From a virus (lineage: Duplodnaviria; Caudoviricetes), in the IMG/VR virus record IMGVR_UViG_3300014204_000125, positions 51,336-115,335 of that record: DNA of 64,000 bases. One strand, given 5' to 3'. How positions within the stretch are numbered: position 1 is the first letter of the stretch; every line of letters begins with the position of its first letter. Made by a program: the position numbers and the translations under genes. This document shows positions 48,810 through 58,572 of this stretch, piece by piece. Under the pieces are notes generated by a model, which saw only the letters and a program-made list of their open reading frames with translations, searched no databases and was not told where the DNA came from.

Positions 48810-50960
48810 ATGGCGGGAAGACCCAAGAAGAAAAAGAAAATTGAAACTATAGAGGATCAAGTCGCGAGTTCAGGGCTCGATAAGAGAAACCTATACACGG
48901 AAAGAATTTGTGTAGACGATACAACCCAGGACGCGGAAGTCGAACTCGTAAGGATGGATTCTTTCCCTTACATGAGATTCCCTTATGAGTTCTTTAACTC
49001 AATGCAGTCGATGGTAATGCCGCATATCGCCAGCGATAACGTGAACCATCTCGTCGTATGTTCGCCCACATCCTCGGGCAAAACCTATGTTGCCGAAGCC
49101 GCGATTGCACACGCCAACCATTTCGGGTACAAGGGAATCTATTTGAGCCCACTTAAAGCTCTGTCAAACGAAAAACTGATGGAATGGACGGACAAGGAAC
49201 ACGACTATACGAGAATGGGCAGGAAAGTGGCAATCCTTACAGGAGATTTCCAAAAGACAGAAGCCAAAATGAACGAGATCGCAAATTCGGATATGATCGT
49301 TATGACATCCGAAATGCTGAACAGCGTAACCCGATTGTATTCGCCCACGAATCCCGCGAGCCAGTGGCTCCTCAGGGTCGGGGTTATCGTGATAGACGAA
49401 GCCCATTTGATAGCGGAAGAAGAGCGCGGGGATAAGCTGGAAGCCCTTATAATGCTTCTTACTGAAATTAATCCGATGGTCAGGATCGTGGCGCTCTCGG
49501 CTACCCTGCCCAATGTCAGCGACTTCGCGAAATGGTTGTCTGTGCTAACGGGGCGCAAAACTGAGATGATAGTGTCCAAATTCAGACCTATCCCGCTTGA
49601 AAAACATTTCTGCGAATACCTGCCCGTATCGAGGAAGACGGCGGAAGTGGAACAGCAGATCACTGAAATGGTTGATTATGTAATGGCCCAGAACCCGGAG
49701 GCGTGTTATCTCATATTCGTTACTTCGAAGGCGTTCGGGAAGAAGTTGAGCGCGCATCTATCCGGCGCCGGGAATAAAAATTTTTTCTTCTCCGCGGATC
49801 TCTCGAAGACGGAAAGAAACTCTTTACATGCCAGATATAACGCTCGCGAGTTCAACACTTTGATTGCAACGAACGCTCTGGCATGGGGGGTAAATACGCC
49901 GGCCAAGATCGTTATTGTAACTTCAACCCGAATGGGAATTGGGAAAAAGGTATCCACTGCAACCCTGAACCAAGAAGCCGGCCGCGCAGGGAGACCCCAA
50001 TACGATAAAGAGGGCAAAGTCTTCTATTTTATCCCAAACTGTTTCTTTACCGAAGATTTCGATAGAATCCTTTCGGGAGAACCCATTATGTCGCAGATGA
50101 TAGATGCGGATGTTCTCGCCTTCCATGTCCTCGCTGAAATCCATCACGGCCGTATTAAAGACACATTCGATTTAATCTCATGGCACAAGCGAAGTTTCGC
50201 GGCACTCCAGACGGCGCCGCTCCAGGAATACCACGCCGAAATGGTAATGAACCGGCTCGAAAAGTGCGAAATGATCAAGCGCAATGATGACGGCACATAC
50301 AAAATAACATATCTGGGAACCGTGACATACCAGATGTATATGAGACCCGAAGACATGTACGGCTGGAAGCACGGGTTCGAAATGCTCTTCCGGAAAATTA
50401 ACTGCAAAGAAATCGTGGGTGAACACGAGATCGATAAAGAATCTTGCCGGATACTTGCTCGCACCGTGGCTTCCCAAAAAATGTATTACTCGAAATACGA
50501 ACAAGAGCACATGAATCTAGTACGGGGCGGAATAAGCGGGAAAGATGGCTGGAATAAAATCGCGGATTGCTACATGGCGCTTCTGAACCCTGAGCCCTAC
50601 CCTTTCCTTATGAAGAATTTAATGGATCAATTACTCATGGACTCTAACCGGGTCTTCGGGGCGCTCAAGCGGGTAATGCCACAAAATAAGTTCTTCCTCG
50701 AAGATCTCGAGAACAGAATCAGGTACGGAGTTCCCAAATACATGCTCGAACTCTGTAGGATCGACGGGATCGGCGGCAAGAAGGCTCACAAACTCTGGGA
50801 CGCGGGAATCAGGACGATCCGCGATTTCGTGAATAACCATCTGAAAACAAAAGAAGTCTTGGGGGAAGCCACATTCAACGGCTCGTACCAGTCCGCCGCC
50901 GAATTGCTCGGAATGCAAGTCAACCAAGACGCAATACTTCAAAGAGTTGGGATGCAATAA
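48810..50960 (+). CDS. Ski2/Hel308-like SF2 helicase with C-terminal HhH
   Basis: PTSSGKT, SPLKALSNE, DEAH, LSAT, ATNALAWGVNTPA, QEAGRAGRPQYD, IDGIGGKKAHKLWDAG. Confidence 0.92.
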   Translation: MAGRPKKKKKIETIEDQVASSGLDKRNLYTERICVDDTTQDAEVELVRMDSFPYMRFPYEFFNSMQSMVMPHIASDNVNHLVVCSPTSSGKTYVAEAAIAHANHFGYKGIYLSPLKALSNEKLMEWTDKEHDYTRMGRKVAILTGDFQKTEAKMNEIANSDMIVMTSEMLNSVTRLYSPTNPASQWLLRVGVIVIDEAHLIAEEERGDKLEALIMLLTEINPMVRIVALSATLPNVSDFAKWLSVLTGRKTEMIVSKFRPIPLEKHFCEYLPVSRKTAEVEQQITEMVDYVMAQNPEACYLIFVTSKAFGKKLSAHLSGAGNKNFFFSADLSKTERNSLHARYNAREFNTLIATNALAWGVNTPAKIVIVTSTRMGIGKKVSTATLNQEAGRAGRPQYDKEGKVFYFIPNCFFTEDFDRILSGEPIMSQMIDADVLAFHVLAEIHHGRIKDTFDLISWHKRSFAALQTAPLQEYHAEMVMNRLEKCEMIKRNDDGTYKITYLGTVTYQMYMRPEDMYGWKHGFEMLFRKINCKEIVGEHEIDKESCRILARTVASQKMYYSKYEQEHMNLVRGGISGKDGWNKIADCYMALLNPEPYPFLMKNLMDQLLMDSNRVFGALKRVMPQNKFFLEDLENRIRYGVPKYMLELCRIDGIGGKKAHKLWDAGIRTIRDFVNNHLKTKEVLGEATFNGSYQSAAELLGMQVNQDAILQRVGMQ

Positions 50961-51187
50961 TGAATAAAACAGAACGCGACCTTCTTAAACACGCCCTTGG
51001 TCTGGACTACAAAGATAAACCTTTCCGCAACCACTTCGTTGCCGGCGCCAGCCATTCCGACTACGAATATTTGGAAGATCTCGTGGCTCAAGGCTTCATG
51101 ATAAAGCGCAAGTCGCCCATGAATGAATTGCAGGACGAGTTCATATATCACTGCACGGATAAAGGGAAAGAGGAGGCGTTTAAATGA
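50960..51187 (+). CDS. Conserved phage hypothetical protein
   Basis: HALGL...RNHFVAG...GFM...YHCTDKG. Confidence 0.7.
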   Translation: MNKTERDLLKHALGLDYKDKPFRNHFVAGASHSDYEYLEDLVAQGFMIKRKSPMNELQDEFIYHCTDKGKEEAFK

Positions 51188-51458
51188 GCAATTCTTGCGG
51201 CATGTGTCACGGATCGGGATGGGCAATCCAATTTGTACAGGCTTGCACAAAATGTAATGGATAAGGAAAAGTGAAAATATGAAACTTATAATCGATATCT
51301 CGGCTCAAAGTACAAAAGAAGAATTTCGCATCCTACAAGAAATTATAATTCCACGAATCGAAAAAGACGCGCCCTATTTCAAAAAAGAATATTACGACTG
51401 TTGCACCGACGGAGAATATCTTGTAAAACTTGATACATAAAAAAACAAAGGAGATAAA

Positions 51459-51641
51459 ATGAAATGCAAAACTTGTCAAACAGATAAAGCCTCGTTGATT
51501 GAAGAAAGGTCTAATATCAAAGGAAGAAGGCTCCCGCGCTATTATGTTATTTGTTTGGAATGCGGGAAAGTCGGCCCCAAAACCCTACAAGCCAAAACCG
51601 CAACTGACATATGGGAAAAAGACAATGAAGATAAAGCATGA
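51459..51641 (+). CDS. Lar-like restriction-alleviation zinc-ribbon protein
   Basis: CKTC...YYVICLECGKVGP...A...W. Confidence 0.55.
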   Translation: MKCKTCQTDKASLIEERSNIKGRRLPRYYVICLECGKVGPKTLQAKTATDIWEKDNEDKA

Positions 51642-51651
51642 AACCATGCCA

Positions 51652-51680
51652 TTGAATAATCCAAAATAATTTAGTATAAT
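51652..51680 (+). promoter_or_regulatory. sigma70-type promoter
   Basis: TTGAAT-N17-TATAAT. Confidence 0.65.
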
Positions 51681-51705
51681 TCTGGAGAGGGTGAGGGGGG
51701 GGAAT

Positions 51706-53454
51706 ATGGTACTTTTAATTGGGGGGTGTCTCGATCCCGCTCTGGGATTGTATCGGGACACAATAGACGGACAGGATAAGGCAGTCCTGACCCAACTCAT
51801 AAATTATCTCAAAGAAAATAAAATTGGATTCTATATCGTATGTTCCCCCGGTGCACTTCCAGAGAACGGACTCGAGTGTAAACTCGTATCGGGAACCCCC
51901 GGGGAGAACTTCGATACATTCGCAAGGGACTTATCTTCTCCCGTGCCGCGCTGCGAATTCGTGGTGTGCTTGAGTTCGGTGTCTCTGGAGGCATGGCAGA
52001 AGTTCGAAGCCCTTAACGCCATCCCCAAATACATTCTATTTAATAGCGAATACGCACATCTCCCGAACCACAAACTTCTCAACGAATCTGAAATTAAACC
52101 CGAACTCATTATCCAGCGCAGGATCGATGACCCCTTATTTTTCAACGCAATCCGGAGACTTGAACCCGATGGATTCAGAAGCGAAAGTAAAGGTTTCGGG
52201 CTCGAAGAAATTGTGAACCAAATAACCCCGCACATCGATCCTAAAAAACAAGTCTCACGTATTTCAAGCCTAAGAAGAGAGTGCAATACAGAGATTCTAG
52301 ATGCCGCGATAAAGGCGATTTACGGGTCTTACCTGAATTTCCCGAAGTTCTATTCGATTGTTGTCCCCGAGCCCGAGGGTCGGTCCAGAAACTACGATCC
52401 CGTGGCAGTATGGCATTCCTTTTCGCCGGCTCGGAAAACTGTGATATCTCGATACCAACTCCAATACGAGAACAGACAGAGGATGGAAGCCCAAGATTTC
52501 GGGGAGCCCCATGCGATTCGGCACATAAGATATCTTCATCTGGATCGCGGTTTCAAAATATGCCTTCACTTCCACAGCAACGAAAACTACCTACTCACTC
52601 CGATTATACTTCCCTTCTACGGGGATACCTCGAATGTCAGTACGAATATCAAAAGGGACTTCCTTGATCCCGCCAGGATCTCATTCAAATCGAATCGGTG
52701 TGTCGAGATCTTCGAAGCCGGCCACGGATACTATGTCTTGGCGCCGGATGTACCCAGCCTCGTTAAATATATTGAAACCCAATACCAGCCCGCCATGACT
52801 AACTCAAACCCAAACATCCCGAGCAAATGGGCGGGCCCGAGGGAACTCGAGCAATACTGGAAATTCATGGGCTCCGAATTCTGTGATATCCTATTCTATA
52901 AACCAAACACGAATCTCTTAGTCCAGTATGGTATAAGAACCCGAGTATCCATGCCTAATTCGTATGTTCTTAACGGATTCGGGAAAGGATTTGATACCAC
53001 GCCATACACGGATCATCATCTCGCCGGCCGCAAGTATGACAAGATCATTTTATTTTCGAGTTATTCAGGGCTTCCACTTACATGTAAAGGGGATCTCGAT
53101 CTATTCGAAACTCTGGCTTCTATGCTCAAGAAAAATGGAAAGATTTTCTTCGATGCGCCTCTCTATATAAACAAGAAGTGGGCGACATTTACTTCGGGTA
53201 GATTCCCTACATGGACGCCGGTTTCAGACGGGATCACAGAGTTATCCGAAACTACTTTCAGCTCGCATGAAATGGGAGGTATTCGGCTCCAAGTTTTGGG
53301 TGAGGAACACCTATTATCTCCTTATCATCCCTTTACGGATTCAATAAAATTAAGGCTAAATAGTCTGGGTTTTTCACCCAGGGTCCGGATCGAACACACC
53401 AAAAATTTAAGTTACAAAAACACATGGCTGTACTGCATTATAAAAGAGAGATGA
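51706..53454 (+). CDS. Large hypothetical protein, possible C-terminal SAM-methyltransferase-like fold
   Basis: KYDKIILF...LASMLKKNGKIFFDAP resembles class I MTase strands 4-5; no clear motif I. Confidence 0.6.
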   Translation: MVLLIGGCLDPALGLYRDTIDGQDKAVLTQLINYLKENKIGFYIVCSPGALPENGLECKLVSGTPGENFDTFARDLSSPVPRCEFVVCLSSVSLEAWQKFEALNAIPKYILFNSEYAHLPNHKLLNESEIKPELIIQRRIDDPLFFNAIRRLEPDGFRSESKGFGLEEIVNQITPHIDPKKQVSRISSLRRECNTEILDAAIKAIYGSYLNFPKFYSIVVPEPEGRSRNYDPVAVWHSFSPARKTVISRYQLQYENRQRMEAQDFGEPHAIRHIRYLHLDRGFKICLHFHSNENYLLTPIILPFYGDTSNVSTNIKRDFLDPARISFKSNRCVEIFEAGHGYYVLAPDVPSLVKYIETQYQPAMTNSNPNIPSKWAGPRELEQYWKFMGSEFCDILFYKPNTNLLVQYGIRTRVSMPNSYVLNGFGKGFDTTPYTDHHLAGRKYDKIILFSSYSGLPLTCKGDLDLFETLASMLKKNGKIFFDAPLYINKKWATFTSGRFPTWTPVSDGITELSETTFSSHEMGGIRLQVLGEEHLLSPYHPFTDSIKLRLNSLGFSPRVRIEHTKNLSYKNTWLYCIIKER

Positions 53455-54533
53455 GGAAATACATGGACAGCGATATTTTGTTTATGGCGATGCAATATTA
53501 TTCCCAAACCTTGAAAACAAATCAGAAAATGATGTCATACTTACTCGGACGGGGGCTTAAAGAAGAAACCATACATGAAATGAATATAGGCTACGCAGAC
53601 GGCACATTCCACAAACACATGGAAACCAAGGGTAAAACACTCCAGCAGATACTCGACTCAAGGCTTATCAGACAGTCCAAAGAAAACCCCAATGTCTTTT
53701 TTGACTTCTTTTCTCACAGGATCGTATTCCCGATAACAATTCTCGGCGACATTAAATACATGGCGGGCCGAGACATGACGAATCGGGAAGGCGTCACAAA
53801 ATACAAAAATATCCCACTCAAAAATATGTTTTATATTAACGAAGAATTACTTGCATATAATCCCGGATATGTTATACTAACAGAGGGGTTTGTGGATTGT
53901 TATATGATGGTGCAAGCCGGATTCCCCGCCCTCGGTGTATCGGGCTGTAATACGAAACGGAAAGATGTTTTAAATAAACTCCTGAAAGTTCCCACAGTAT
54001 TTATAATGTTCGACAGCGAGGACAATAACTCGGGATTAAAGGGTAGCGCACACACAGCTTTCAACCTCGTTTCAATGGGTCACAGAGATGTAAGGATGAT
54101 TGACACTCCAAGGATCGAGGGACGCAAGAAAACCGATATCAACGACCTTTATTTACACTGCCTCGGGGAAGAGAATTTCAAACTCAATATCAATTACTTA
54201 ATAGCGAACGCAATCCGGTTCAATAATTCAGCGTTACATCAGAAAATGGTAACTGATATCGCGAATAAAGAGATCCTGTTCGATCCCGATCTCCCCGCGG
54301 CTGAGTCCTACAAAATCTTCACCCAGTATGTCGATTTCGAATTAACGAGCCCAGGCGCCGTATATGTTCAGGGCCCGTGCCCTATTCACGAGGAAACTAA
54401 AGGCTCATTTACACTCTATTTAAGCGACATGGCGGCACACTGTTTTGGTTGCGGGTTTCACGGTACAGCGTTGGACCTGAAGCGCGCGATGGAGAGAAAG
54501 CAACTATTGAAAACATTATCGAAAGGATTTTAA
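53451..54533 (+). CDS. dnaG: DNA primase with C-terminal CHC2 zinc finger
   Basis: YLLGRGL, IGYA, RIVFPI, GR, KYKN, TEGFVD, FDSE, KTDIND; CPIHEETKGSF...HCFGCG at the C-terminus. Confidence 0.92.
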   Translation: MRKYMDSDILFMAMQYYSQTLKTNQKMMSYLLGRGLKEETIHEMNIGYADGTFHKHMETKGKTLQQILDSRLIRQSKENPNVFFDFFSHRIVFPITILGDIKYMAGRDMTNREGVTKYKNIPLKNMFYINEELLAYNPGYVILTEGFVDCYMMVQAGFPALGVSGCNTKRKDVLNKLLKVPTVFIMFDSEDNNSGLKGSAHTAFNLVSMGHRDVRMIDTPRIEGRKKTDINDLYLHCLGEENFKLNINYLIANAIRFNNSALHQKMVTDIANKEILFDPDLPAAESYKIFTQYVDFELTSPGAVYVQGPCPIHEETKGSFTLYLSDMAAHCFGCGFHGTALDLKRAMERKQLLKTLSKGF

Positions 54534-54765
54534 ATGGAAGAGGCTATTTATATCATTGGCTCTAAAACTTATATAGCACCACAAATAACCATGATTGACA
54601 CAAAGCATATAGTGCATACTTTTTTCGATAGGATATTTGTAACACGAATTGCGAAACCCGAGGAGACAACGTATTATGGAGAAGAAAAAGAAATGCCCAT
54701 GCTTGTTCTGTGAATGGCTGCGCAGAATCGAAAAAAGCAATAAGAAATAATTATTTGGAGGATAT

Positions 54766-55107
54766 ATGACTTTAAACGAATATCAGGAATATTGCAAAAG
54801 AACAATGAACCCAAAAGTTACAGCGGACTTCAATAACGGTATGATTAACGCAGGTTTGGGTCTTTCCGGAGAAACCGGAGAGTTCAACGACAGGATAAAG
54901 AAACATCTGTTTCAGGGCCATCCAATCTGTCCCGAACATCTGATAAAAGAACTCGGGGATATCCTGTGGTACGTCTCTCTGGCTGCTACCGTATTAAAAG
55001 TACCTCTGGATATTATCGCCAAAACTAATATCGAAAAACTCAAAAAAAGATATCCCGATGGTTTTGATCCCGCTAAGTCTTTAAACCGCGAGGAGGAACA
55101 AAAATGA
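54766..55107 (+). CDS. MazG-like nucleotide pyrophosphohydrolase
   Basis: GLSGETGE..D.IKK..FQGH, KELGDILWY, NIEKLKKRYPDGF. Confidence 0.93.
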   Translation: MTLNEYQEYCKRTMNPKVTADFNNGMINAGLGLSGETGEFNDRIKKHLFQGHPICPEHLIKELGDILWYVSLAATVLKVPLDIIAKTNIEKLKKRYPDGFDPAKSLNREEEQK

Positions 55108-55784
55108 AAGTCTCACTTCTCGCCACAACCAGCGCCCCGGACCATGCAAGATGGATCGCGGAAACCGCCGGCATGTGCTACAACAAAACAGACAAATCGA
55201 ATAAATCAGATGAAGAAATCCTCGAGTTCTTGAAAGAGAAATGGAGAATGAAACACTATTCTATATTCGAGTTTGTTGATTATACTTTCGAGATCGAGGG
55301 AATATCGAGGGTCGCTTTGGCGCAGATAACCCGGCATTGGAACAGCTCGTTTATGGTGAAATCGGGCAGGTATTGCAAGGAAGCTGCGCCAAGTTTTTAC
55401 ATCCCCGAATCTGTTAAAGAAAGGCTACACGCATATCCCTTAATAATGGAGGAGGGAGATCCCGACGAATATCGCCTTGACGCCGACGATTTCACTTATC
55501 TTTGCACTCGCGTCTACGACCATCTTATCTCCAAAGGCATCAAAACCGAAGACGCCCGCTATCTTCTCCCGCAAGCCCTTACAACCAGCCTCCGCTTCAA
55601 ATTCAGCCTCAAGGACTGGCTGTGTTCGATCGCACCGCAAAGGATATCTTCACATAGTCAAGCAGAAATCCGCGAGATATGCAAAGCGATTCATATTGGC
55701 TTATTACAGCACTATACCAGCGATGTTATGCCCAAGTTCCTTGACTGGTATATGGCGGAAGGGCGCTTGGTGGTGCAGAGATAA
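55104..55784 (+). CDS. thyX: FAD-dependent thymidylate synthase
   Basis: HYSIFE, ISRVALAQITRHWNSSFMVKSGRY, EDARYLLP, SQAEIR. Confidence 0.92.
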   Translation: MKVSLLATTSAPDHARWIAETAGMCYNKTDKSNKSDEEILEFLKEKWRMKHYSIFEFVDYTFEIEGISRVALAQITRHWNSSFMVKSGRYCKEAAPSFYIPESVKERLHAYPLIMEEGDPDEYRLDADDFTYLCTRVYDHLISKGIKTEDARYLLPQALTTSLRFKFSLKDWLCSIAPQRISSHSQAEIREICKAIHIGLLQHYTSDVMPKFLDWYMAEGRLVVQR

Positions 55785-56413
55785 TGACCGACACAAAACC
55801 TTTTAATATGGTTGTTCAATCTGTTCTCATTATTGTTATGGCCGCTTTGCCTGTTGCTTTGCTTATGCAGTGGTTTATGTTTTATTTTGATCAGCGACTC
55901 GAACTCCAGAAGAGCGAGATCCAGAACTGCATATACTCGAGCCTCGCGGATATTAAGATGGACTCGGAATGGCAGTTCATTCTGAAGAATCTCATCAACA
56001 GCAAAAAACTTAACAGCGAGCAATGCTTCAAACTCGCCACCATAATCCAGAACGGATGCCGACGTATCAACATCAAACCCGAATATTTCCTTGCCCTGAT
56101 GATGGTCGAGTCCGAAATGAATAGTAAATGCGTGTTCATGGGGGCGCGTGGGATATGTCAGGTGATGGACTGCACGAAGATGGAAGCGATAGGGATTACC
56201 CAAGACTATAAGTGGGACGATCCCATTAAAAATACTCTCGCATGTATTCTGTATTTGGAATATATGCGAGGCCAGAAACATCTCGCAAACGAGACAGACA
56301 CGCTTCTCTTTATGCAATTCTATAATCGTGGCCCATTCTGGAGCAAGCCCAATGACAAACAAGGTTTACAATACAGGAGGAAACTGATATATTGGAAGGA
56401 GCAAATAAAATAA
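55784..56413 (+). CDS. Lytic transglycosylase (SLT) with N-terminal TM
   Basis: LALMMVES, GARGICQVM, DPIKN, FYNRG. Confidence 0.8.
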   Translation: MTDTKPFNMVVQSVLIIVMAALPVALLMQWFMFYFDQRLELQKSEIQNCIYSSLADIKMDSEWQFILKNLINSKKLNSEQCFKLATIIQNGCRRINIKPEYFLALMMVESEMNSKCVFMGARGICQVMDCTKMEAIGITQDYKWDDPIKNTLACILYLEYMRGQKHLANETDTLLFMQFYNRGPFWSKPNDKQGLQYRRKLIYWKEQIK

Positions 56414-56709
56414 CTTACTTTCATTCGACATGCCAGTTCTGTCATAAGAAAATGCTCTATAAACCCAGACAAAAATATCACCCGGAATGCGCTAAATTGA
56501 AATTACAGAAAAGTCGGCCGAAGCGGTACTGCAAGAGATGCAACAAAAGGCTTACTGGAATCCAAATCAAGTGGTGCGAAAAATGTCGATACATAGCCAT
56601 TACAAAATATCAAAAAGAATATAAAGAAAATGACAAGGAAATACGAAAAATAAAGCGGAGGCAACGTGAAAACAATAAACGTCAAAGCGTTCAAAATAGC
56701 AGGGCGTAG
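56392..56709 (+). CDS. Cys-rich basic hypothetical protein
   Basis: Multiple CxxC motifs. Confidence 0.45.
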   Translation: MEGANKITYFHSTCQFCHKKMLYKPRQKYHPECAKLKLQKSRPKRYCKRCNKRLTGIQIKWCEKCRYIAITKYQKEYKENDKEIRKIKRRQRENNKRQSVQNSRA

Positions 56710-57324
56710 TAAAGCTGGCAAGGACACATTCGCGGATATCTGTGTTGAACTTCTGAGCCGGAACAAACAGAACTTCATCATCAAAAAGAATTACGCGGAA
56801 GAACTCAAGCGGTATGTGGCCGAGCAATTCGGGGCAGATTTCAACCGCCTTATGATTGACCTGCCCTACAAAGAAGACTGGCGCAAAACGCTTATCGATG
56901 TCAGCAACGATATGCGCCGCACGAACCCTTATATTTGGGTTGACAAGGTATTTGATATCGTAGCCCAAGGTTCGCTCAAGAGGTCAAAGATACGCACTCC
57001 CAGGCTATATTCTTCAATCCGGACACAAGGTATTTCAATGAACTCGACCCGACTCCAGATGGAGTTTTTCACCCCCCGTCAGGTGAAATAAGAGTTGTTT
57101 ATGAAGACATTCCGGTTTACATCTGGATCAATGATGAAACCGCGAAGCATCGCACCCGCGATTTCTATGAATGGAAACTCCTCGGGCTCGATCGCAGTGA
57201 GCGCGAATTGCGCCCGGATACATTCGGGTTTAAATATATAGTTTCGAACAACGCTTCGATTGAAGCCCTGACGAATACGGCGAAGGCGATTTTGCAAGAG
57301 GAAGGGCTGTACCAGATATATTAA
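56666..57324 (+). pseudogene. Deoxynucleoside monophosphate kinase split by a -1 frameshift near 56956-56975
   Basis: Frame 2 carries AGRSKAGKDT...YAEELK...PYIWV; frame 1 continues FNPDTRYFNE...DRSE...IVSNNASIEAL to TAA at 57324. Confidence 0.8.
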
Positions 57325-57336
57325 AAGGGAGGAAAC

Positions 57337-57660
57337 ATGATCGATTATAATAAATGGGAAAGCAAAATTTGCAAACGATGCAACAAAGAAAGCATTCTCT
57401 ATTTGTACGAATATCCTAAAGGGATTCCTGATCCATATTATTGCGATGATTGCACTCCTGTTATTATCCATAACCCTAAAGAAGACAATCTTAAACAAAG
57501 TAATTACAAGTTGCAGAATATCAAATGCTGTTATACCTGTGAGCATTACCGGATTGAATACCAAGAAGTCCATAAATGCGCTATACACATCAAGAACGAA
57601 ACACAGAGATCTGATATAGATATCTTGGGAAAATGCGACAAATATCTAAAAGAAAAATAA
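57337..57660 (+). CDS. Cys-rich hypothetical protein
   Basis: RBS GGGAGG; last gene of the rightward arm. Confidence 0.65.
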   Translation: MIDYNKWESKICKRCNKESILYLYEYPKGIPDPYYCDDCTPVIIHNPKEDNLKQSNYKLQNIKCCYTCEHYRIEYQEVHKCAIHIKNETQRSDIDILGKCDKYLKEK

Positions 57661-57690
57661 AAAAGCCCCGGAGAAATCCGGGGTTTTTTC
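57659..57690. terminator. Bidirectional terminator between convergent arms
   Basis: AAAAAAGCCCCGGA-GAAA-TCCGGGGTTTTTT. Confidence 0.9.
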
Positions 57691-58482
57691 TTACATCATC
57701 TGGAATAATTCAACCTTGAACTTAAAATACTTGTTTCCGCCGTTTGTCATTGATTCAATAACTATATATTTAAGTCCGGGCGGGGACGGCTTTAAACCCA
57801 TCTGAGCGGGATACCCTTTATGCGATCTTAGTGCAGTGCCTCCACAGACGAGCTGCTGTATTTTTGCAGTGTAGTTGCCTGCATCATCCATACTCAAAAT
57901 TTCTATCTGATCATCCGTTAAGCTATGCGTGTGACCCCCAAAAATTGCGTCACAGGTCGGTCCGCGGAAATGCAGATTATGGAGCCGATTTAACTTCGCT
58001 CCGGGAGTGCAACCGCCGCCATAATTGTGAGAGGCCAAGCATCTAACTAATCGAGAGTCGTTTAACAATATTCCAAAACGTGCCTCACTATCGGGATAAT
58101 ACATACAGTCCAGATGTTTTGCCATGTTTTTACTCATCAGCATGGCGGCATCTTTCATCGCTCTGCGCTCGTGGTTTCCATCTATTAAAAAAAGCAACTT
58201 CTCTTTTAAAGGCTCAAGCATATCTTCAATTTCGAGTTGCTGATCCGAAGGTGCCATTGTTTGCTCCATTAGGCTTCCCTTGCTGTGAGGCGTTACAACC
58301 TCGCAAAGATCTCCAAGGCTCATAGCGAAACAATGAGGGTCTGTTTTGGGGCGTTTTAAAAAGTCACGAACAAGCCGTTCATGCGCATATGGATTACCAA
58401 AATGCGTGTCGCTTATGCAAGCAATTACAATATACTTGTGTTTATGTCTAAACAAATTATTCTTCAACAACACTTGCAACAC
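57691..58482 (-). CDS. Calcineurin-like metallophosphoesterase
   Basis: SDTHFG, GDLCE, GNHE, H, GHTH. Confidence 0.9.
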   Translation of the reverse strand: MLQVLLKNNLFRHKHKYIVIACISDTHFGNPYAHERLVRDFLKRPKTDPHCFAMSLGDLCEVVTPHSKGSLMEQTMAPSDQQLEIEDMLEPLKEKLLFLIDGNHERRAMKDAAMLMSKNMAKHLDCMYYPDSEARFGILLNDSRLVRCLASHNYGGGCTPGAKLNRLHNLHFRGPTCDAIFGGHTHSLTDDQIEILSMDDAGNYTAKIQQLVCGGTALRSHKGYPAQMGLKPSPPGLKYIVIESMTNGGNKYFKFKVELFQMM

Positions 58483-58511
58483 CGCCTCGTGAATACATCT
58501 ATTTGTTCCAT

Positions 58512-58539
58512 AAAAAAGCCCCCGCGTTATGCGGAGGCT
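58512..58539 (-). terminator. Intrinsic terminator
   Basis: AGCCTCCGC-loop-GCGGGGGCT-TTTTT on the minus strand. Confidence 0.75.
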
Positions 58540-58572
58540 GAAGATTCGCTGTATTAGAGGTTTAGTGAACTA

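Noticed and set aside
40682-55640. Numerous long minus-strand ORFs opposite the replication genes
   Set aside because: Antisense shadows of well-supported + strand genes.
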